Shown piece by piece: positions 9,136 to 18,499 of a DNA stretch of 56,676 bases. Below the pieces are notes generated by a model that did no database searches, was not told the origin of the DNA, and worked only from the letters and a program-made list of their open reading frames with translations. Origin of the DNA: an uncultured Rickettsiales bacterium (lineage in GTDB: Bacteria > Myxococcota_A > UBA796 > UBA9615 > CAYRNR01); the NCBI GenBank assembly GCA_964493735.1, contig CAZBPN010000007.1, forward strand, positions 2,302 through 58,977. The letters are read 5' to 3'. The stretch's first letter is position 1. Each line of letters opens with the position of its first letter. Position numbers and translations under genes: made by a program.

Positions 9136-9198
9136 CGGACCCTTTCGGTTCCCCCATCCGTTTTATAGCGGTCAAGCAAGGCCGAGGCCAGGGAAACC

Positions 9199-11898
9199 TC
9201 AGCCGCTGCGGGGGGCGGTGGGATCGATCGAGACCCGGACGGTGCCCGGCTCCTCGTCGCGGGGCTCGCTGTCGAAGCCGAGGGAGCGGCAGAGCGCGAG
9301 CACGGGCTCGTTGTCGACCAGCACGTCGGCGAACAGCTCGCCTATGCCCCGGGAGCGGGCGTAGCCGACGATGCGGTCCATCAGCAGCGCGCCCAGCCCC
9401 CTCCCCTTCATGTCGCTGCGGACCGCCATCGCCGCCTCGGCCCGATCGCCGTCGGCGTCGGCCCACAGGCGCGCCACCCCGAACACCGGGGCCCGTCCCG
9501 GCCGCGTCCCGGCCTCGCAGAGGACCAGCGCCATCTCCCGGTCGTAGTCCAGCTGGGTCAGGCGGGCGGCCATCGCGTGGGTGAGCACCGGCACGTCCGT
9601 GCGGAAGCGCATGCGCACGTCCTCGGGCGTCAGGTGAGCGAACATCTCGTGGAACGCCGGCTCGTCCTCGGGGACCACCGGTCGCAGGAGGAGGCGGCTG
9701 CCGTCGGCCAGCTCGCAGGTCTCCTCCAGCTCCTTGGGGTAGGGACGGATCGCCAGGCGGGCGGGGCCGCTGCGGTCGGTGGCGCGGGCGCGCACCCGCG
9801 CGTCCAGGGCCAGGACGCCGTAGTCGTCGGCCAGCAGCGGGTTGATGTCGAGCTCGATCACCTGGGGCAGATCGATGACCAGCTGCGAGACCTTGATCAG
9901 GGTGGTCGCCACGTCCTCGAGGGCCGCCGGCGGCCGGTCGCGGAAGCCCTCGAGCAGCCGGTGGATCCGGGTCCTCGACATCAGGTCCCGGGCCAGGTGC
10001 ATGGTCAGCGGGGGCAAGGCGATGGCCGTGTCCTCGATCACCTCGACCGCAGTACCCCCCTGGCCGAAGAGCAGGTGGGGCCCGAACTGGGGGTCCTCGA
10101 CCATGCCCACGATCAACTCGTAGGCCCCGGGCCGACGGACCATCGGCGAGACGGTGAAACCGTCCAGCCGGGCGTCCGGGTGCTCGGCCCGCACCCGCTC
10201 CAGCATCCCGGTGGCGATGGACCGCACCTCGCCGGGCGCGGCCAGGTCCAGGGCGACCCCACCCACGTCGCTCTTGTGGGTGATCTCCGGCGACAGGATC
10301 TTCAGGGCCACCGGGGTGCCGAGCTCGGCGGCGATGCGCGCGGCGTCGTCGGGATCCCGCGCGACGTGGGTGGTCACGGTGGGGATCTGGTAGGCCGCGA
10401 GCACCTCCTTGGCCTCGGGCTCGGTGAGCCACTCCCGGCCGGCGGACAGCGCGCCGTCGATGGCCGCGCGGGCCCGGACCGTGTCCGGGGTGAACTCGTG
10501 GGGCACGCTCTCGGGGGTCTCGGCCAGCAGCTCCTGGTTCTGCCGGTAGCGGACCATGTGCATGAAGGCCCGCACCGCCTGACTCGGCGTGTCGTAGGTG
10601 GGCACGCCCCGGGACGCGAACAGCTGGCGGGCCTCGTCGGCCGACGTGTCGCCGATCCAGCTGGTGACCACCGTGCGCTCCAGGGCCGCCAGCTGGTCGA
10701 CCACGGCCTGGGCGGCCACGGTCGACGAGGTCACGGCGTTGGGGCAGTACAGCATCAGCAGGCCGTCGTAGTCCGGGTCCGCGGCCAGCACCTCCACCGC
10801 CGCCCGGCAGCGATCGGGGGGCGCGTCGCCGATGATGTCGACCGGGTTGCCGTGGGACCAGGTGGGGGGCAGGACCCGGTTCAGCCCCTCGATCGTCTCC
10901 GGGGTGAGCCGGGCCAGCTGGCCACCCATGGCCGACAGCGCGTCGGCGGACAGCACCCCTACCCCGCCGCCGTTGGTCACGATCGCCAGCCGGTCCCCCA
11001 GCGGGGGCCGCGCGAGCGCCAGGGTGGCGGTGGCGTCGAACAGCTCGTCCATCTCGAACACGCGCAGCATGCCCGCGCGACGGAACGCGGCGTCGTAGAC
11101 CCGATCCGAACCGGCCAGGGAGCCCGTGTGGGAGGCCGCGGCCGCCGCGCCCTCCGGCTCCCGCCCCCCCTTGACCACGATCACGGGCTTGGCCCGCGCC
11201 GCCCGCCGGGCGGCCGACATGAACTTGCGGGCGTGGGTCACCCCCTCCATGTACAGGAGGATCGCCCGGGTCTCCTCGTCGTTGGCCAGGAAGTCCAGCA
11301 TGTCGCCGAAGTCCACGTCGGCCATGTCGCCCAGACAGACCAGGTGGGAGAAGCCGATGCCCCGGGGCGTGGCCCAATCCATCACCGAGGTGACCATCGC
11401 GCCGGACTGGGTGACGAAGGCGATGTCGCCCGCCCGGGGGGTCAGCTGGGCGAAGCTGGCGTTGAGGTTCATGCCCGGCACCAGGATGCCCACGCAGTTG
11501 GGACCGATGATGCGCATCACGTGGGGCCGCGCCGCGTCCAGCATCCGCTGACGCAGGGCGTGGCCGGCCTCGTCTCCGCCCTCACCGAAGCCGGCGGTGA
11601 TCACCACCGCGGCCCGTGTGCCCCGCTCGGCCAGCTGACCGATCAGGTCGGGGACGTACCGGGGCGGGGTGGCGATGATCGCCAGGTCCGGGGTGACCGG
11701 CAGGCTGGCCACGTCCGGATAGGCCAGCACCCCCTCGACGGCCTGGTAGCGTGGGTTGACCGGCATGACCGGTCCCTCGAACCCGGCGTGGAACAGGTTG
11801 TGGGCCAGCACCCGTCCCACCGAGCCGGGGCGGTTGCTGGCGCCGATCACGGCCAGCGAGCGGGGACGGAACAGCACGTCGAGGTTGCGCACGGTCAT
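9199..11898 (-). CDS. Pat-like bifunctional acetate-CoA ligase (ADP-forming) family / GNAT protein acetyltransferase
   Basis: CoA-binding N-terminus: MTVRNLDVLFRPRSLAVIGASNRPGSVG. A succinyl-CoA-synthetase-like flavodoxin domain, an ATP-grasp domain (EAKEVLAAYQIPT) and a C-terminal GNAT domain (RGRGLGALLMDRIVGYARSRG) follow. The track ORF extends to 11961; the ATG at 11898 gives the canonical N-terminus. Confidence 0.85.
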   Translation of the reverse strand: MTVRNLDVLFRPRSLAVIGASNRPGSVGRVLAHNLFHAGFEGPVMPVNPRYQAVEGVLAYPDVASLPVTPDLAIIATPPRYVPDLIGQLAERGTRAAVVITAGFGEGGDEAGHALRQRMLDAARPHVMRIIGPNCVGILVPGMNLNASFAQLTPRAGDIAFVTQSGAMVTSVMDWATPRGIGFSHLVCLGDMADVDFGDMLDFLANDEETRAILLYMEGVTHARKFMSAARRAARAKPVIVVKGGREPEGAAAAASHTGSLAGSDRVYDAAFRRAGMLRVFEMDELFDATATLALARPPLGDRLAIVTNGGGVGVLSADALSAMGGQLARLTPETIEGLNRVLPPTWSHGNPVDIIGDAPPDRCRAAVEVLAADPDYDGLLMLYCPNAVTSSTVAAQAVVDQLAALERTVVTSWIGDTSADEARQLFASRGVPTYDTPSQAVRAFMHMVRYRQNQELLAETPESVPHEFTPDTVRARAAIDGALSAGREWLTEPEAKEVLAAYQIPTVTTHVARDPDDAARIAAELGTPVALKILSPEITHKSDVGGVALDLAAPGEVRSIATGMLERVRAEHPDARLDGFTVSPMVRRPGAYELIVGMVEDPQFGPHLLFGQGGTAVEVIEDTAIALPPLTMHLARDLMSRTRIHRLLEGFRDRPPAALEDVATTLIKVSQLVIDLPQVIELDINPLLADDYGVLALDARVRARATDRSGPARLAIRPYPKELEETCELADGSRLLLRPVVPEDEPAFHEMFAHLTPEDVRMRFRTDVPVLTHAMAARLTQLDYDREMALVLCEAGTRPGRAPVFGVARLWADADGDRAEAAMAVRSDMKGRGLGALLMDRIVGYARSRGIGELFADVLVDNEPVLALCRSLGFDSEPRDEEPGTVRVSIDPTAPRSG

Positions 11899-12041
11899 CG
11901 CGGGTTCTCCTGGTTCGACGCCCGGGGTTGGCGGGAGCGACCGGGCCAGTTTAGCCTGCACCCATCGTCCGTTTCGCCCGAGAACCGATCCCGCTGCTGC
12001 TCGGCTGGCTCGCCGGCCTGGCCGGATCCGCGTGCCTGCTG

Positions 12042-12713
12042 GTGGTCACCGGCGCGGGGCGCGCGCCGGCGCTGGGCGTCTGGGCGCTGGACGACGCGCC
12101 TCCGGGCGCCGGGGCGACCTTGATCGGGGCCGCGGTCGGCAGCGCGTTCCTGATCCTGGGGTTCGCGGCCGCACTGTCCCGGACCGGACCGACCCGGGCG
12201 ATGGCGCTCGGCGCCCTGTGGGTGCTGGGGGCGGGTGCCAGCTTCGCGCTGGTGCTGGGCCAGCCGGGGGGGGACTCGCTGGCCAACCTGGCCGACCACA
12301 CCGCCCTGCGCGCCGAGGACGGCCACCTGTTCGTCGGCGGCGAGTTCCTGGGACACCTGTGGTTCGTGCCCTGGGGTGCGGGCGAGCCAGCGGACCGGGG
12401 CGCGCCCCTGCTGATGGCCGCGCGGCTGGCCGGCTGGGTGGGCTGGGCCGGGATGCTGCTCTGCGCGGCAGCCCTGGTCGCGCCCGTCCGCGGCGCCGTC
12501 GACCGCGGCGCGCTGGCGGCGGTGACCTGCGGCGCTCCCTACACCCTGCTGCTGGCGGGGTACCCCCAGTCCACGGCGCTGATGTCGGCGCTGGTCCCCC
12601 TCTACCTCGCGGCCAGCCTGGCGGCCAGCCGCGGCGGGCGGGCGCCGGGCGGGCGCGCGGGGGGGGGGGGGGGGGTGGGGGCCGGGGCCTGCACGGCCCA
12701 GGGGGGGGGGTAG
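12042..12713 (+). CDS. Polytopic membrane protein, N-terminal part. It ends at an in-frame TAG embedded in poly-G tracts
   Basis: Several hydrophobic helices. The upstream in-frame sequence (IPLLLGWLAGLAGSACLLV) is also TM-like, but it has no canonical start after the TAG at 11952, so the true start is uncertain. It is in the same frame as 12729..13328. Confidence 0.5.
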   Translation: MVTGAGRAPALGVWALDDAPPGAGATLIGAAVGSAFLILGFAAALSRTGPTRAMALGALWVLGAGASFALVLGQPGGDSLANLADHTALRAEDGHLFVGGEFLGHLWFVPWGAGEPADRGAPLLMAARLAGWVGWAGMLLCAAALVAPVRGAVDRGALAAVTCGAPYTLLLAGYPQSTALMSALVPLYLAASLAASRGGRAPGGRAGGGGGVGAGACTAQGGG

Positions 12714-12729
12714 TGGGGGGGGGCGGGGG
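12659..12729. repeat. Cluster of homopolymeric G tracts (G17, G5, G4, G10, G9, G5) with strong G-quadruplex potential
   Basis: Read directly from the sequence: G17 at 12659-12675, G10 at 12701-12710, TAG at 12711-12713, and G9 at 12715-12723. Confidence 0.9.
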
Positions 12730-13328
12730 TGGGCGCGCTGCTCGCCGGCTGGGCACGCCGGGGGGAGCGACGCAGCGCGGTCCTGTTCGGCCTGAGCTTC
12801 CTCGTCCTCTGGGCCGGGATCACCGCCGCCGAGTGGTCGCTGATCCACCGCTCGCGGACCATGCCCTGGAGCTTCCTCTCGCGGGCCTTCGACCTCGCCG
12901 GGTTCGCCGACTCGTTCGGCGGGCCCCTGGACCTGTCCCGGCCCCTGCACCCGGCCAGCCTGGCGGCGCTGGCGGCCGAGCTGTGGCGCTGGAGCGCCTC
13001 GGTGGTGCCCCTGTTGCCGCTCGCGGCCGTCTCCGCTCCGCTGCTGTGGTGGCGAGGACGGAGGACCCAGGCGTCCGGCCTCGGCTTCCTGGCCCTGTCC
13101 GCCGGCGGCGCCCTGCTGCTGTGGGCCTGCTGGAACACCTGGTACGGGTACCCCGCGGACTGGGACGTGACCGCCGTCGCCGCCCTGACCGTCCAGCTCG
13201 CCCTGGTCTCGTGGCTGGTCCAGGCCGGTCCCTCGCCCTGGCGTCAGGCCCTGCTGGGGTGCGCGGTGCCGCTCCAGCTGACCATGGCGATCGAGCTCGG
13301 CGCCCGCTTCACGGGGTGGCCTGGGTAG
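12729..13328 (+). CDS. Polytopic membrane protein, C-terminal part of the same reading frame as 12042..12713
   Basis: 12042 and 12729 are both congruent to 0 mod 3. Only TAG 12711-12713 plus Gly-coding G-runs separate the two ORFs. The sequence continues to be TM-rich (VLFGLSFLVLWAGITAAEW...). Confidence 0.5.
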   Translation: MGALLAGWARRGERRSAVLFGLSFLVLWAGITAAEWSLIHRSRTMPWSFLSRAFDLAGFADSFGGPLDLSRPLHPASLAALAAELWRWSASVVPLLPLAAVSAPLLWWRGRRTQASGLGFLALSAGGALLLWACWNTWYGYPADWDVTAVAALTVQLALVSWLVQAGPSPWRQALLGCAVPLQLTMAIELGARFTGWPG

Positions 13329-14175
13329 CCGGCTCCGCCGGCGCCTCGTCGGCGGCCTGGGGCGAGGGGGACGTCGGCGCGGCGCAGCAACGGAAGCCGT
13401 CGTCTTCGTGGGAGGCGTCCGCCCGGTGGTGGCGGTGGCGCGCGAAGCAACCGCGGCCGTAGACCCCTACCCACATGGTGCCCCCGCGGACGAAACGCTG
13501 CTCCGGGAGCTCCTCGGACACCGCGTCGACCCACTCGGAGAGGTTCCCCTCCAGGTCGAAGGCGTCCTCGGCCGATCGGCAGTCGGCGAAGGAACCCGAG
13601 GGCCGGATCCAACCCGGATCCCCCACCTTGTCGTTGACGTCCGCGTTGCAGATCCCCTCCACGTGACGATCGCCGTAGGGGAAGCGCTGGCCTCCCGGTC
13701 CGGCGCAGGCCCGGGTCCACTCGTCCTCGGTACACAGCCGGCGGCCGGCCTCGAGGCAGAGGCGGACGGCGTCGTCCCAGCTCACGTAGGCCCGCGGCAG
13801 CTCCCCGGCCACGTTGGGGTATTCGTAGCGGTCGATACAGAACGCGTCGGTGGCGCAGGTCCCGGGTGAGCGCGGCAGGTGCTCGGTGCCGGGCCAGTCC
13901 GCGTAGAAGTCGATGTCCTCGCCCCGGGCGCCGCAGGGGAACTCGCCCCCGTCCACGTGGACCATGCCGCCGGGGCAGCGGGGATCCTGGGTCAGGGTCG
14001 GGGCCGGCGCGGGCGTCGCCTCGTCCGCCGGGGCGGCGACCGGCGCCGGGGTGGCGGGCTCGCCCGTGCCCCAGTGCTCCCCGCGCGGGCCACAGGCCGC
14101 CAGCAGGCCCAGCAGGCCCAGCGTCACCACGGCTTCTCGCGCCCTCTCCATCTGGCCGCCCCTTCTCCGGTCCAT
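13309..14175 (-). CDS. Formylglycine-generating enzyme (FGE/SUMF1) domain lipoprotein
   Basis: Lipobox LLGLLAAC. FGE-sulfatase domain signatures: GGEFPCG, FCIDRYEYPN, PRAYVSWDDAVRLCLEAGRRLCTEDEWTRAC, NLSEWV, RGG..W. The likely real start is the internal MERARE at 14151. Confidence 0.8.
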   Translation of the reverse strand: MDRRRGGQMERAREAVVTLGLLGLLAACGPRGEHWGTGEPATPAPVAAPADEATPAPAPTLTQDPRCPGGMVHVDGGEFPCGARGEDIDFYADWPGTEHLPRSPGTCATDAFCIDRYEYPNVAGELPRAYVSWDDAVRLCLEAGRRLCTEDEWTRACAGPGGQRFPYGDRHVEGICNADVNDKVGDPGWIRPSGSFADCRSAEDAFDLEGNLSEWVDAVSEELPEQRFVRGGTMWVGVYGRGCFARHRHHRADASHEDDGFRCCAAPTSPSPQAADEAPAEPATQATP

Positions 14176-15676
14176 TATCCTTGCGAACGATTCCAGCGAA
14201 TCGGCCCATGAAGGTAAAGCCCGGCGCCAGAAAAAGACGGATCCCGGCGGTCGTCCTGACCGTCATCGTGCTGGCGTGGGGTGTCGGCGCGGGTCTGCTG
14301 GCCAGCACCAAGCTCCACAACCTGTCCAGCAGCTGGTCCTATGACCTGGCGTTCTTCCACAACCTGTTGTGGAGCACAGTCCACGGCTCGTGGTTCGTCC
14401 AGACCAGCTCGCCCCACGAGGCCTCGGGGTTGTTCCAGCTGCACCACACCTATCCCGTCCTGCTGGCGGTGGTGCCGTGGATCGCCGCGATCCCCAAGGT
14501 GTCGACCCTGCTGTGGCTCCAGACCCTGGCGACCGCGTCGGCGGCCTTCCCGGTCGCCCGGCTGGCGCGGGCCGCGGGCGCGGAGCCTTGGGCCGCGGTG
14601 GGGATCGCCACCGCCTTCCTCCTCCAGACCCCGCTGCTGATGACCGCCCTCTGCGACTTCAGGCCGATCGTCCTGGGCATCCCCCTGTTGTTGTGGACCG
14701 TGGCGATGGTGTTCGAGGACCGGCCGCTGGCGGCGCTGGCCTTCGGGGCGGCCACGCTGACCGTCCGCGAGGAGATGATCTACCTGGTGATCGCCCTGTC
14801 GCTGGCGCTGCCCTTCGCCCGCCGCGCCGGTTCCAGCCGGCGGCTCGTGGGGGGGGTGTTGTGCGCGCTGGCGGTCGGCTACTGGCTGGCGGTCCGCGCG
14901 GCCGGCGGCGAGCTGACCTACTACTTCGACCCGCGGGACGCCAGCCCGACCGGTTCGCTCGCCCTGCAGGCCCCGAACGGGGCGGAGCTGCGGTTCCTGC
15001 TCCCCTACCTGCTGCCCTTCGGGCTCGCCGGCGTGATGGCCTTCCCCCTGCTGGTCCCGGCCCTGCCGGTGGCCGGATTCCTGCTGGCGGTCTCGCCCCA
15101 CGAGTGGGCGGACTGGGCCGGGGTCTACGGCCACCACGCGGCGCCCCTGCTGGCGGTGCTGGGCGCAGCCGGCGCCGTGGGCTGGGGCGCGCTGACGCGG
15201 AGGGTACGGCGCTGGCAACGTCCCTGGTCGATCGTGGCGTTGCTGGTGGTCCAGGGGGGGCTGGCGCTGTGGCTGACGCCGCCGCTGGTCCGGGCCGACG
15301 TCGGTCCGCGGCCGGGGCGGACGGTGGGCGACGAGGAGGCGGTCCACAGCCTGATCGTCCAGATCCCCGGGGACGCGGCGCTGGCCTGTGACTACCACAC
15401 CATGGGCTGGCTCTCCGGCCGCGAGCGCCAGGTCTGCACGGCCGACTTCACCATGCCGGCGGACGAACCCTTCCCCTGGAGCCCGGACTGGTTCCCGCCC
15501 GGGTTCGAGGACGTGGACTGGGTGCTCTTCGACGTGGCCGAGGACCCGGTGCTCGCCGCGGCCGCGGCCGGCTGCGACGCCTTCGAGCCCGTGGATCGGG
15601 CCGGAGGCTACATCCTCTACCGGCGATCCGCGCCCGGGGGTCGCGAGTGCAGTGACGTGCTGGTGGCCGGGACCGT

Positions 15677-16543
<867 letters not shown>

Positions 16544-16590
16544 GGTGCTCCCGGGCCCGAAGGGCGGCCCATCCTAGGTCGGGGCAGGGG

Positions 16591-17715
16591 TCAGGTCAAG
16601 CGATCCGCGACCCTCGGCCAGAGGTCGGATCGGTCCACCGCACACAGGTAGTCCTTCACCTCGGTCTCGGTCAGCTCGTAGAAGGTGAACCCGCCGCAGG
16701 CGGCGCAGAAGGGATAGTCGTCGAGGGTCCCGAGCAGGTGGGCCAGGCGGATGCGGGTCATGGCCCGCCCCTGCCACAGGGAGACGAAGCCGTCGGTGCC
16801 CACGTTGCCCAGCGGGATCGCCCCGTCCGTGTCGGCGCAGCAGACCACCAGCTCCCCGTCCCAGCGAATGACCGGTGTCTTCCAGGGGGCCGGGCAGGGG
16901 GGCCGCGGCGCCGGGGCGGCCGGATCGGCGGCCGCCCCGCCCTCCCCCCAGGTCCGCTCCTCCCATACCCGCAGGTGCATGTGGGGCGCGTCCCCGGGGG
17001 CGAGCGCGTGCTCGCGGACCGCGCGGTCGTAGAGCTCGTCGGTCTCCCGCTGGGCCGGGCCGCCGCTGCCCACGGACAGCCGCTTGATCATCACCTCGTT
17101 GAAGCCCACGCCGTTGCGCCCGCGGCGGAGGGTCCGGTCCCAGTGGGCCACGAACTCTCCCACCTCCCGGTGGTTCTCGGGCTGCAGGACGAACTGGAAC
17201 TGGGTATTGACCCGGGGCTCGCCCGCCAGCTCACCGCGCCGCGCCAGGAAGTGCTCGATGTTGGCCATCGCCTGGTCGAAGCGATCCCGGCCCTTGACCC
17301 GCTGGTAGGTGTCGGCCGTGACCGCGTCGAGGCTGAAGACCACCAGCAGGGGGGGGCCGTCGGTCCCGGCCACGGCCTGGAGGATGCGGTCGGTCCGCGA
17401 CGGGGTCAGGGCGACCGCGTTGGTGTCGAAGCGCAGGTAGCCCACCTGACCGGCCAGCTCGCGCAGGCCCACGGCGACCATCTCCTCCAGCTCCGGGTGC
17501 AGGGTGGGCTCGCCCAGCCACTGCAGGATCAGGTGGTCCAGGGTCAGCCCGGCGCCGACGATGTCCCCGATCACCCGCCGGTAGAGGGCCAGCTCCATGA
17601 ACCCCGAACGGGTCCGTCCGTGGACCTCGCCCTCGCGCACCTGGGGGGCACACATCGGGCAGCGCAGGTTGCACAGGTCGGTGGGTTCGATCTGCAGGAC
17701 GGTGCCGGCGCGCAT
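16591..17715 (-). CDS. Radical SAM / SPASM-domain enzyme
   Basis: I trimmed the ORF to the ATG at 17715 (MRAGTVLQIEPTDLCNLRCPMC, which is the CxxxCxxC cluster). A GGEP-like motif LQWLGEPTLHP is present. The Cys-rich C-terminus CPAPWKTPVIRWDGELVVCCAD...YPFCAACGG is SPASM/twitch-like. The upstream 176 codons of the track ORF are antisense junk. Confidence 0.85.
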   Translation of the reverse strand: MRAGTVLQIEPTDLCNLRCPMCAPQVREGEVHGRTRSGFMELALYRRVIGDIVGAGLTLDHLILQWLGEPTLHPELEEMVAVGLRELAGQVGYLRFDTNAVALTPSRTDRILQAVAGTDGPPLLVVFSLDAVTADTYQRVKGRDRFDQAMANIEHFLARRGELAGEPRVNTQFQFVLQPENHREVGEFVAHWDRTLRRGRNGVGFNEVMIKRLSVGSGGPAQRETDELYDRAVREHALAPGDAPHMHLRVWEERTWGEGGAAADPAAPAPRPPCPAPWKTPVIRWDGELVVCCADTDGAIPLGNVGTDGFVSLWQGRAMTRIRLAHLLGTLDDYPFCAACGGFTFYELTETEVKDYLCAVDRSDLWPRVADRLT

Positions 17716-17760
17716 GACGAGTTCACGGGTAGCACATCCGCCGCGGGAACACGAAGGACC

Positions 17761-18129
17761 ATGGACGAAAAAGCAAAACGATGGTTGAATGCGCGCGACG
17801 TGAGGCAGACAGGGAAGCTGGGCGCTCGCATCGGGACCGTGGCCGTGGCCGCGGCCACGCTGGCGCTGCAGGTCGGCTGTCTCAACGACTGCCAGCTGCT
17901 GTGCAACAGCTGGTACGGGTACCGCAAGACGGTGTGCGAGGAAGACGTGGAGGCGACGGACCTCAACCGCTGCCTCTCCGACTACCGCACGCTGGCTCAG
18001 GGGAGCGGGGACGACGTGTCGTGTCGCTTCTTCCTGGACCACGTGGACGAGCTGGAGGACGACCGGATGTGCGGCGCCGTCTGGGACGTGACCAGCGCGG
18101 CCGCCTTCGACCTGTCGTCGGCGGAGTGA
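17761..18129 (+). CDS. Small Cys-rich lipoprotein (paralog 1)
   Basis: In-frame ATG at 17761 inside track ORF 16738..18129. The sequence reads MDEKAKRWLNARDVRQTGKLGARIGTVAVAAATLALQVGC (lipobox), then LNDCQLLCNSWYGYRKTVC...LNRCLSDYR. Confidence 0.6.
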   Translation: MDEKAKRWLNARDVRQTGKLGARIGTVAVAAATLALQVGCLNDCQLLCNSWYGYRKTVCEEDVEATDLNRCLSDYRTLAQGSGDDVSCRFFLDHVDELEDDRMCGAVWDVTSAAAFDLSSAE

Positions 18130-18139
18130 GGTGTAGGGC

Positions 18140-18484
18140 ATGGCTGGCAAGGGAATCGCGGCGGCGGTGATGACGATCCTGGCCCTGGCGCTGGGTGGGT
18201 GCGAGAACACCTGCCAGCAGATGTGCCACGAGTTCGCCGACATCTACGAGGAGTGCGGCCTGAACTACGGCGACGCCGAGCTGCGCGACTGCATCGAGGC
18301 CTATCGGGTGCCGGACAAGGCCCTGCGGGACACGGTCTGCGACTACGGCATGCGCTCCCACGAGACCCACGGCACGATCCTGCGCGCCGACCTGATCGCG
18401 TCCGGCAGCAGCTGCGACGGCGACACCGACTGCATGTGCTCGACCCTGGACGACTGGCGGGCCACCGTCGGCGGCGGGGAATAG
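18140..18484 (+). CDS. Small Cys-rich lipoprotein (paralog 2)
   Basis: Lipobox LALALGGC, then ENTCQQMCHEFADIYEECGLNYGDAELRDCIEAYR. It has the same C-x3-C-x3-C-x9/10-C-x11-C-[LI]-x2-Y-R pattern as the 17761 gene. Confidence 0.65.
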   Translation: MAGKGIAAAVMTILALALGGCENTCQQMCHEFADIYEECGLNYGDAELRDCIEAYRVPDKALRDTVCDYGMRSHETHGTILRADLIASGSSCDGDTDCMCSTLDDWRATVGGGE

Positions 18485-18499
18485 CCCCCCGATCCAGTC

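Noticed and set aside
9146-9170. AT-rich TTTTATAGCGGTCAAGC element (TATAAA on the minus strand) 28 nt upstream of the ASST-like gene start, as a promoter
   Set aside because: The matching -35 at 17-nt spacing (TGGCCT) is poor. A single AT-rich hexamer is insufficient evidence, so I did not list it as a feature.
9032-12123. Long ORFs 9032..11377(-, 781 aa) and 9577..12123(+, 848 aa)
   Set aside because: They are an alternative frame and the antisense strand of the Pat-like gene (9199..11898). That gene has clear CoA-binding, ATP-grasp and GNAT motifs; the others are low-complexity Arg/Gly/Pro.
13866-14207. N-terminal extensions of track ORFs: 13866..14207, 17716..18243, 27953..28270, 52981..53124 and 35207..35437
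   Set aside because: The extended parts are Arg/Pro-rich, overlap the neighbouring divergent gene or intergenic DNA, and precede an internal start. That internal start yields a proper signal peptide, lipobox or canonical N-terminus.
16591-17715. Calling the radical SAM/SPASM protein an anaerobic sulfatase-maturating enzyme because of the nearby FGE-domain and alkaline-phosphatase-superfamily genes
   Set aside because: The AP-superfamily genes look like NPP phosphodiesterases with a Thr nucleophile context, not sulfatases with a C/S-x-P-x-R motif. They are more than 11 kb away, and I cannot place the rSAM in the anSME subfamily by eye. I left it as a generic rSAM/SPASM.
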